Of a stretch of 64,000 nucleotides of DNA, positions 8,383-15,939 are shown in pieces. Source of the DNA: Candidatus Brocadiia bacterium (GTDB taxonomy: Bacteria > Planctomycetota > Brocadiia > SM23-32); NCBI GenBank assembly GCA_046483385.1, contig JAWODG010000026.1, positions 26,816-90,815 of the forward strand, in the 5' to 3' direction. The position numbers were made by a program, and so were the translations under genes. The notes below the pieces were generated by a model that did no database searches, was not told the DNA's origin, and worked only from the letters and a program-made list of their open reading frames with translations. Each line of letters begins with the position of its first letter. The stretch's first letter is position 1.

Positions 8383-10437
8383 ATGCGGCCCGGACCAATG
8401 AATTACACATTCCGCGACATCTCGGTGGGAGCGTTTGCCGTCGTGGTAGTGCTTTGGCTCGGTTGCCGGACCGCCACGCCTGAAAGTCCGCCGTCGGAGC
8501 CGGACTGGGTTTCCTCCGCTCGCCGGACCGCGCAGGAGGGCCGCTTCATCTCGGCTGTCGGCAGCGCAGGTACCGACCAACCCGATGCGATGCTCGCGGC
8601 CGACCGCCAGGCACGGCAGGAACTGGCCACTCTGGTTTCCGAATACGTCAACACCCGGGTCGGAGACTTCCTCGAAAGCAGCGTGGTCGGCACAGATGCG
8701 GGAGCGGCCCCCGCGCAAGGTTTCCGCCGGACGCTGGCATCGGACGTGGCCGCCATCATCCTGCGCTCTGTCGAGAGGAAGGACACCTGGCACGAACCCG
8801 GCGGCACAACATACGTCCTCTACCAGATCCCGACCGAAGCGCTGGACGAACGTATCACGAGGCGTGCCGAGGCACTTGTCCAGCAGGGGAATCCGTTCGA
8901 AGTGGCTCCGGAGACCCTCTCCGAGGCCCTCGGGGATTTCCTGGCCAACCGGGAGCAAGCCCGAGCCGCCCGAGCGGAGCCGTCGGCCCCATCGACGAGG
9001 AAGGTTGAGACGGGCACAGAAGACACCGCCCCTCCGTGGCTGGAGTCCCCTCCGGAGGACCGGTTCCCTCCCGAACGTTACCTGACGGCGGTGGGACTCG
9101 GCCCGTCGATCGCTCAGGCGGAGGCCGACGGCCGCGCTGAGATTGCGGGACGCGTCAACGCCGCCCTGCAAGTCCTTATGCGCAGCGGAGTCGCCGGGGA
9201 AGCCGCACTGCCGCCGGGTAATCGTGCGGTGTTGCGTGACCTCCGGCCCCGCTTCCTGCCGGCCGAGGTGCCCGCCGTACGCTCCGTGGCCTACTGGTTG
9301 GATCAGGCCACCCGACAGTACTACGTGCTGCTGGCGCTCGACCGCACTCAGGCCGCAAGTTCTCTGGGGAAGGATGCCCGAGGAGCGCTGGCGCAGTTCC
9401 GCAGAGCTGTGCAGTCCACCGACCCTGCCGGGAAACCGGAGGACTTCGCCAGCGACTTCCGGCGGGCGGCGACCGCGTGGGAAACGGCTCGCCGTGCCGT
9501 AGATCTGCAGGCAAGAGCCATCGCCGTGGCGCCCGCAGCCGAACAACCTGCACTCGCCGGGCTCATCGAGGAGCCCATCGTCCGACGGGCCGAGGACCGG
9601 TTACGGTCATTTGCTCAGAGCATGCAAGTAACCACGGTGCGAGGGGACGAGCAGATCGTGCGACCGGGTCACTCACCGGCGGAGCCGTTCGTGGTTCGTG
9701 TCAGCCGGGGGGAGCAGAACCAACCCGTTGCCGGCATCCCGGTCCGCCTCATCGGTCCAGGGCCGGATTCCGCATTGCTGGGTCGGCCGCGAACCGACGA
9801 GGCCGGGGCGGCCGCGTGGCGCGCCGGCGCCGCCCTGCCCCGCCGGGGCATGCGGGGGGCCGTGGTGGCCGAAGTGGACCTGCCCTATCTGACCCCCGAC
9901 ACTGACCTGCCCGAACTCCCGACGCCTTCGGTTCGCTTCACCTATTACTTCCGTTCCCCGTCGACCACCTCGTTCGTCGTCGCGCTCGAGGGCGGCGTCG
10001 CTGCCACGGAAGCCGCCTCAGCGGTGCGGACTGCCCTCCTGTCTGAGGGATTCAGCCCCGTCGAGCGGGCGGAGTTGCTGGCGCACACCAAAGCGGTGCT
10101 GGAGAACTCCGGCGATGCGGCCGTACGGAGCACCGACGCGTTCGCAGAACTGGCCGACCGCCTGGGTCCGTCGCGCTCGCTGCTGGTGGTCACGGGCACA
10201 GTCGAAAGCAACCTTGCCGAGGAAGCGGAGACCTCAGAAGGTCTGCTGGCTATCGCCGAATGCCCCTTCAGCGTCCGGGTCCTCGACCCCGGGATGACGG
10301 AAGGTGCTCGCCTGGTGGCCGAAGTCTCCGGTGCGGGGCGCGGCTCGCGGCTCGACGACAGAGGTGAGGCTTTGCGCCTGGCGCGCGAGGACGCCGTGCG
10401 CCGTCTGACCGAACAACTTCTGGAGGCGTTGCGGTAG
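8383..10437 (+). CDS. large exported protein, possible lipoprotein with LPP20-like N-terminal region
   Basis: Hydrophobic N-terminus VGAFAVVVVLWLGC, a non-canonical lipobox. The segment FISAVGSAGTDQPDAMLAADRQARQELATLVSEYV resembles LPP20-type lipoproteins, and the rest is unassigned. An alternative in-frame start lies at 8398. Confidence 0.6.
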   Translation: MRPGPMNYTFRDISVGAFAVVVVLWLGCRTATPESPPSEPDWVSSARRTAQEGRFISAVGSAGTDQPDAMLAADRQARQELATLVSEYVNTRVGDFLESSVVGTDAGAAPAQGFRRTLASDVAAIILRSVERKDTWHEPGGTTYVLYQIPTEALDERITRRAEALVQQGNPFEVAPETLSEALGDFLANREQARAARAEPSAPSTRKVETGTEDTAPPWLESPPEDRFPPERYLTAVGLGPSIAQAEADGRAEIAGRVNAALQVLMRSGVAGEAALPPGNRAVLRDLRPRFLPAEVPAVRSVAYWLDQATRQYYVLLALDRTQAASSLGKDARGALAQFRRAVQSTDPAGKPEDFASDFRRAATAWETARRAVDLQARAIAVAPAAEQPALAGLIEEPIVRRAEDRLRSFAQSMQVTTVRGDEQIVRPGHSPAEPFVVRVSRGEQNQPVAGIPVRLIGPGPDSALLGRPRTDEAGAAAWRAGAALPRRGMRGAVVAEVDLPYLTPDTDLPELPTPSVRFTYYFRSPSTTSFVVALEGGVAATEAASAVRTALLSEGFSPVERAELLAHTKAVLENSGDAAVRSTDAFAELADRLGPSRSLLVVTGTVESNLAEEAETSEGLLAIAECPFSVRVLDPGMTEGARLVAEVSGAGRGSRLDDRGEALRLAREDAVRRLTEQLLEALR

Positions 10438-10613
10438 CACTTCCCCGGCCCGCAGTCACCGGCCGGAAAGGCGGGGTAGGCACGCTTGATTCGGCGCCGG
10501 TTTTGGTTTACCATTTTGTGGTGAGTGCCGTTGCGGGGGTTCCGTCTTGCCTTTCCCGCCAGACGCGCCCGTTGCGGAATGCCTTGTTTGGAAGAGTTCA
10601 GGAGGTTCTCCCG

Positions 10614-11114
10614 ATTTCGGATTACCGTGTGAATGAACAGGTCCGGGCGGATACCATTCGGCTGATCGGCCCGGACGGCGATCAGTTGGGCATAGTCTCG
10701 CGCGAAGAGGCTCTGGAAGAAGCGAGCAACAGGGAATTGGACCTGGTCGAGGTGGCTCCCGACGCCAATCCGACCGTCTGCAAACTGCTCGACTACGGCA
10801 AGTTTAAATACCGCCAGAAGAAGAAGCGCCAAGGCCAGAAGCATCACAGATCGCGCCTGAAGGAGATGCAGATCGGCCTGAACACTCAGGAGCATGACCT
10901 GGCCTTCAAGGCCGACCAGGTGCGGGAGTTCCTGCAGGACCACGACAAAGTTCTGGTCTTCATGCGACTGAGGGGCCGCGAGAAAGCCCACGTCGGCATG
11001 GCGCTGGATACCATGGCGGAGTTCGCCCAACGGTTCGAGGACATCGCCCAGATAGAGCGCGGACCCGAACGCGCCAGCGCCGGACGGATAACGATGTTGC
11101 TGAAACCGAAGTAA
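10614..11114 (+). CDS. infC: translation initiation factor IF-3, probable AUU start
   Basis: Conserved core RVNEQVRADTIRLIGPDGDQLGIVSREEALE...DLVEVAP...PVCKLLDYGKFKY. The in-frame ATT at 10614 lies 8 nt after AGGAGG (10600-10605). GTG at 10629 is an alternative start. The track ORF starting at TTG 10503 is over-extended. Confidence 0.85.
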   Translation: MSDYRVNEQVRADTIRLIGPDGDQLGIVSREEALEEASNRELDLVEVAPDANPTVCKLLDYGKFKYRQKKKRQGQKHHRSRLKEMQIGLNTQEHDLAFKADQVREFLQDHDKVLVFMRLRGREKAHVGMALDTMAEFAQRFEDIAQIERGPERASAGRITMLLKPK

Positions 11115-11282
11115 GCCGCAAGGGCCCGACGATACCCCGAGGCCGTTCCGTTGTCCCGGGGGGGCGACCTTACTTCCGGGTCGCGGCGTTCTGCAGCCTG
11201 TGCCGTCCTGTCGTGGCAAGGGGCTCATTCGACAAAGCATGGCTTACATCCCACGCCTTCACCAGAAAGACCGGAGTAGACA

Positions 11283-11477
11283 ATGTCCGAGAAAACACAT
11301 AAAGGGTTGGCCAAAAGACTGAAGAAGACCGCCGGCGGGCGGGTCTTCCACCGGCGGCCCGGCAGCAATCACCTTCTGTCGAAAAAACGGTCCAAGCGGG
11401 CCCGGCGGCTGCGCAAATGGAAGGAACTGTCCAAGGGTCAGTTGAAGTCATTCCGCCGCCAGTACGGCAAGATATAA
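11283..11477 (+). CDS. rpmI: 50S ribosomal protein L35
   Basis: 64-aa basic protein (MSEKTHKGLAKRLKKTAGGRVFHRRPGSNHLL) in the infC-rpmI-rplT context. Confidence 0.95.
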   Translation: MSEKTHKGLAKRLKKTAGGRVFHRRPGSNHLLSKKRSKRARRLRKWKELSKGQLKSFRRQYGKI

Positions 11478-11513
11478 AGCCCCCAACCCGAGACCCCAGG
11501 CAACAGAGGCGAG

Positions 11514-11864
11514 ATGAGAACCAAACGAGGAAATACGCGCAGGCGGCGCGTCAAGCGCCTGCTGAAGCAGGCCCGCGGCTACCGCGGCGCCCGCAGTAAG
11601 CTGTACCGCTCGGCCAAGGAGACTTTGCGCCGGGCATGGTGGTATTCCCGCATGCATCGGCGCCGCAAGAAGCGTGACTTCCGCAAGCTGTGGATCACGC
11701 GCATCAACGCGGCCGCCCGGATGAGGGGCAGCACTTACAGCAGATTCATGGGCGGCCTCAAGAAAGCGGACGTCGAACTGAACCGCAAGGTCCTGGCCAA
11801 CCTGGCCCTCACCGACAGCGGGACCTTCGACCGCCTTGTGGAGATGGCTCAGGACGCCCTCTGA
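11514..11864 (+). CDS. rplT: 50S ribosomal protein L20
   Basis: Starts MRTKRGNTRRRRVKRLLKQARGYRGARSKLYR, a typical L20 N-terminus. Confidence 0.95.
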   Translation: MRTKRGNTRRRRVKRLLKQARGYRGARSKLYRSAKETLRRAWWYSRMHRRRKKRDFRKLWITRINAAARMRGSTYSRFMGGLKKADVELNRKVLANLALTDSGTFDRLVEMAQDAL

Positions 11865-11920
11865 AGCGGCCCCAGAGCCCTTCTCACAGCCCCCTCCCCT
11901 GCTTGGAAAGGCCGTGGCGC

Positions 11921-12931
11921 GTGAGTGACCGGCATCAGGACATCCTCGAAGCAGCACACCGCCTGCTCGCCGAGGCAGAGACCGAACGCGACGTGGAAGA
12001 GGTGAGGGTCCGCTTCCTTGGCCGCAAGGGCGAAGTTACCGCCCTGTTCAAGGAGATACCGGAACTTCCGCCCGAAGAACGCCCGCAGGCCGGCCGTGCC
12101 GCCAACGAGTTGAAAGAACAGCTCACCGAGATGGTTGAGCAGGCGGCCGAGGAGGTCGCCGCCCGAGAGAAAGTGGCCCCGCGCCGGCCCGATCCCACGC
12201 TGCCCGGCATCCGGCCGCCCCGCGGGCACGTCCATCCCGTCTCCCGGACGATCGAGGAGATAACGGACATTTTCCGCAACCTCGGCTTCGACGTGGTCGA
12301 GGGGCCGGAGGTGGAGCTGGACTGGTACAACTTCGAGGCGCTCAACATCCCGCAGGACCACCCCTCCCGGGACGACTTCGATACCTTCTACCTCAGCGAC
12401 AACATCCTGCTGAGGAGCCAGACTTCGCCCGTCCAGATCCGCACCATGCAGGACCGGGAGCCCCCCGTGCGCATAATCGCGCCGGGGCGGGTCTTCCGCC
12501 CGGACACAGAGGACGCCCGGCACTCCGCCATGTTCCACCAGGTCGAAGGACTCATGGTGGACGAGGGCGTCAGTTTCGGCGACCTGAAGGCCGTTCTGCA
12601 CATCTTCGCACGGCAGTTTTTCCACGAGGACCTGGAAGTTCGCTTTCGCCCCTCCTTCTTCCCCTTCACCGAGCCGAGCGCGGAGGTGGACTGCACCTGC
12701 GTGATCTGCCACGGCGACGGCTGCCGCACCTGCTCCTATTCCGGCTGGCTGGAGATACTCGGCTCCGGCATGGTGGACCCCAACGTGTTCGAGGCCGTCG
12801 GCTACGACGCCGAGCGATACACCGGGTTCGCCTTCGGTATGGGGGTGGAACGGCTGGCGATGCTGAAGTATCAGATACACGACATTCGGCTCTTCTACCA
12901 GAACGACGTCCGTTTCCTCAACCAGTTCTGA
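11921..12931 (+). CDS. pheS: phenylalanyl-tRNA synthetase alpha subunit
   Basis: GTG start at 11921 gives VSDRHQDILEAAHRLLAEAETERDVEEVRVRFLGRKGEVT. The class II motifs FRPSFFPFTEPS and GFAFGMGVERLAML are present. The track ORF from 11690 overlaps rplT and is over-extended. Confidence 0.9.
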   Translation: MSDRHQDILEAAHRLLAEAETERDVEEVRVRFLGRKGEVTALFKEIPELPPEERPQAGRAANELKEQLTEMVEQAAEEVAAREKVAPRRPDPTLPGIRPPRGHVHPVSRTIEEITDIFRNLGFDVVEGPEVELDWYNFEALNIPQDHPSRDDFDTFYLSDNILLRSQTSPVQIRTMQDREPPVRIIAPGRVFRPDTEDARHSAMFHQVEGLMVDEGVSFGDLKAVLHIFARQFFHEDLEVRFRPSFFPFTEPSAEVDCTCVICHGDGCRTCSYSGWLEILGSGMVDPNVFEAVGYDAERYTGFAFGMGVERLAMLKYQIHDIRLFYQNDVRFLNQF

Positions 12932-12949
12932 CGCGGGTCCGGCGACACC

Positions 12950-14971
12950 ATGAAAGCAAGCTACAACTGGCTGAAGGAACTGTGTGAGTTCGACCTGGCC
13001 GCCCACGAGCTGGCTGAAAGGTTGAGCGACACCGGCTTCAACGTGGAGACCTACGAGCCCCACGGCGACGACTGGAGCCTGGACGTTGAGGTCACCACGA
13101 ACCGACCGGATTGTCTCTGCCACCTGGGGCTGGCGCGGGAGGTGGCCGCCATCGTCGGGAGCGCCGCCGACCGACCGCAGTTCGAACTGCCCGAGAACCC
13201 GGATGATGCCTTCGACGACCGATCTGCGGTCGAAGTTGTCGCGCCGGAGCTCTGCCCGCAGTATACCGCGCGTCTCATCACGGGCGTCAGCATCGGATCC
13301 TCGCCCGGCTGGCTGCAGGACCGCCTGACCGCCTGCGGGGTGCGGCCGGTCAACAACGTGGTGGACGCCACGAACTACGTGATGCTCGAATGCGGCCAGC
13401 CACTGCATGCCTTCGACTTCTCCCTGCTGGAGGGCGGCCGCATCATCGTGCGTCGGGCCGAAGCCGGCGAGATCCTGACCACAATCGACGACGTGGAGCA
13501 CGAGCTGGTGGGTGAAGAATGCGTCATCGCCGACGCAGCCCAACCGGTCGCGCTCGCCGGCGTGATGGGCGGGCTGGAGTCGGAGATCCGGGACTCAACG
13601 ACAACCGTGCTGCTGGAGGCAGCGCGGTTCGACCCGGCCAGCATCAGGCGGACCGCCCGGCGGCACGGCATGTCCACTGAGTCGTCATACCGGTTCGAGA
13701 GGGGAATCGATCCGGAGATCACCGAATGGGCCTCCCGGCGGGTCTGCGCACTGATATGCGAACTGGCGGGCGGCCGGGTTGCATCGGGCGGCGCCAACGT
13801 CCGTGCCGACGAGACCGCCTGCCCGGAAGTATCCCTCCGGCTCCCGCGGCTGGAGCTTGTGCTGGGCATCTCTCCCTCCCGCGATGAAGCCAAACGCATC
13901 TTCCGCGGTCTCGGGTTGAAGCTGACCGGGGAGGATGAGACCAGCGTGACCGTGCGGGTCCCGAGCTGGCGGGCCGACCTGCGTCGCGAGATTGACCTGA
14001 TCGAGGAAATCGCCCGGATCCACGGCTACGACAAGATCAGCGAAACGACCAGCATGCCCGTCCGTCTGGCCGCGGCCCGGTCCGCCGAGCGCGCTCGTCG
14101 CAAAGCGCGCCGGCTGCTTACGGGCGCCGGTTTCAACGAGGCAATAACCCACAGTCTCGTGCGCGCGGACGACCTGCAAACGGCTCAACCGTGGACTGAC
14201 CGAAAGCCCCCTGCACTCCGCAATCCGGTCAGCACCGAGCGGACGCACATGCGGCTGACGAACGTTGCCAACCTGCTGCTGGCCAGGCAGTTCAACCAGG
14301 CGCACGGCACGCCCTCTGTGGACTTCTTCGAGTTCGGGCGCGTCTACCTGCCGCTGGGGGAGGACGAACGCCCCGAGGAGAAGCTCTGCCTCACGCTGCT
14401 GACCGACAGGTCGGACGGACTGCGTGTCCTCAAGGGGCTGCTGGCTAACCTGACCGACGAGCTGGGCATCGACGCCGAAATTGAAGAGACGCCCGAGGAC
14501 GTGGGCCCCTGCCGGTCGGGTGAAGCCCTGACCATGCGCATGGACGGTCGTCTGCTCGGGTTCGCCGGCGTGACGTCTAACGAGGCGGCCGACCAGTTGG
14601 ACCTGAACGGCAGCCCGGCGTTCATGGAGTTGGACTTCGCGGTGCTGGAGGAGCGCACCCGGCTGGAAAGGCCCTATCAGCCGGTCCCGCAGTACCCGGC
14701 CACGCAGCGCGACCTCGCCGTGGTCGTGTCCGAGGACGTCCTGTGGCGGGACATCGACACATGCGTCCGCGAGCACGCGCCCGAGACACTGGAGGTACTG
14801 GAGTTGTTCGACGTCTACCGCGGCGAAGGCGTGGCCGAGGGACAGAAGAGCGTGGCGTTCTCCTTGACCTTCCGGCGTGAGGACCGGACGATCACCTCCG
14901 AAGAGGCGGAGGAGGCCCGCGAGGCCATTCTCGGGGGCCTCCGGGACAAGTTGGGCGCGACGCTCCGCTGA
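12950..14971 (+). CDS. pheT: phenylalanyl-tRNA synthetase beta subunit (short form lacking the OB-fold tRNA-binding domain)
   Basis: Starts MKASYNWLKELCEF and contains TTNRPDCL, B3/B4 (NNVVDATNYVMLECGQPLHAFD) and the C-terminal FDX-ACB region (AFSLTFRREDRTIT). It is 673 aa against about 790 aa for canonical PheT. Confidence 0.9.
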   Translation: MKASYNWLKELCEFDLAAHELAERLSDTGFNVETYEPHGDDWSLDVEVTTNRPDCLCHLGLAREVAAIVGSAADRPQFELPENPDDAFDDRSAVEVVAPELCPQYTARLITGVSIGSSPGWLQDRLTACGVRPVNNVVDATNYVMLECGQPLHAFDFSLLEGGRIIVRRAEAGEILTTIDDVEHELVGEECVIADAAQPVALAGVMGGLESEIRDSTTTVLLEAARFDPASIRRTARRHGMSTESSYRFERGIDPEITEWASRRVCALICELAGGRVASGGANVRADETACPEVSLRLPRLELVLGISPSRDEAKRIFRGLGLKLTGEDETSVTVRVPSWRADLRREIDLIEEIARIHGYDKISETTSMPVRLAAARSAERARRKARRLLTGAGFNEAITHSLVRADDLQTAQPWTDRKPPALRNPVSTERTHMRLTNVANLLLARQFNQAHGTPSVDFFEFGRVYLPLGEDERPEEKLCLTLLTDRSDGLRVLKGLLANLTDELGIDAEIEETPEDVGPCRSGEALTMRMDGRLLGFAGVTSNEAADQLDLNGSPAFMELDFAVLEERTRLERPYQPVPQYPATQRDLAVVVSEDVLWRDIDTCVREHAPETLEVLELFDVYRGEGVAEGQKSVAFSLTFRREDRTITSEEAEEAREAILGGLRDKLGATLR

Positions 14972-15070
14972 GACCGTCCCGGCTTGTTGACAACCCGCTC
15001 GCCCGTCCCTAACATACGGGCGTGTCCACCGCCCCGTTCTCGCCTCAAACGACATGGGAAAGGTCTCTGC

Positions 15071-15925
15071 ATGTTCCAAAGAGCCGCCATCGTGGGACCA
15101 GGCCTGATCGGCGGTTCAATGGGCATGGCACTGCGGCGCAAGAAGCTGGCCGACGTCGTCGTGGGCATAGGACGCCGCAAGGAGTCCCTGCGGCGCGCCA
15201 TGGACGTGGGAGCCATCGACAGGTCCACTCTGGACCTGGAGGAAGGGGTTCGCGAGGCGGACTTCGTCGTTCTTGCCACGCCGACCGCAAGTTTCGAGGA
15301 GATAATCCACGCCGCCACGCCCCATCTGCGCCCGGAGGCCCTCCTGACCGACGTGGCCAGCACGAAGGTGAGAGTCATCGAGACCGTCTCCGCCGCCCTC
15401 CGCGAGCGGCCGGACGTTGCCTACATCCCCACTCACCCCATGGCGGGCAGCGAGCAGAGCGGCCCGCTGGCCGCCCGGGCCGACCTCTTCGAAGGGGCCG
15501 TCTGCATCATAACCCCCCTGACCAACACCTACCCCGAGACCAAACGCACCATCCGGCGCATGTGGGAGGCCCTGGGCGCCACAACCGTCAGCATGAGTCC
15601 GCAGGCCCACGACCGGCTGGTAGCCCGCATAAGCCACGTCCCCCACCTCGCGGCGGCCGCCCTGATGGGTATGCTGGACGACCACGAGGCGGGTCTGGCC
15701 GGGGGCGGTCTGCGGGACACCACTCGCATCGCCAGCGGCTCCCCCGAACTGTGGATAGACATCTGCCGCTCGAATCGGGAGCAGGTCCGCCGTGCTCTGG
15801 ACAGCTACGTCGAGGTGCTCCAGCAGATGTCCGAAGCACTGCGGGACGGCAATCTTGGCGAACTCAGAGACATGCTCGAGGAAGCCAAGCGCAGGCGCGA
15901 CAGTTCACTGCACGAAACCGAATAG
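15071..15925 (+). CDS. tyrA: prephenate/arogenate dehydrogenase
   Basis: The ATG at 15071 gives MFQRAAIVGPGLIGGSMGMAL (Rossmann motif). Also contains TDVASTK, PMAGSE and ISHVPHL. Upstream codons of the track ORF are discarded. Confidence 0.8.
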   Translation: MFQRAAIVGPGLIGGSMGMALRRKKLADVVVGIGRRKESLRRAMDVGAIDRSTLDLEEGVREADFVVLATPTASFEEIIHAATPHLRPEALLTDVASTKVRVIETVSAALRERPDVAYIPTHPMAGSEQSGPLAARADLFEGAVCIITPLTNTYPETKRTIRRMWEALGATTVSMSPQAHDRLVARISHVPHLAAAALMGMLDDHEAGLAGGGLRDTTRIASGSPELWIDICRSNREQVRRALDSYVEVLQQMSEALRDGNLGELRDMLEEAKRRRDSSLHETE

Positions 15926-15939
15926 GCAGCCCACACCCG

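Noticed and set aside
15022-15939. N-terminal 306 codons of the 1300-aa track ORF that ends as purL.
   Set aside because: The segment overlaps tyrA in another frame and is R/G/P junk. The conserved PurS-like sequence starts at the ATG at 15940, 14 nt after the tyrA stop.
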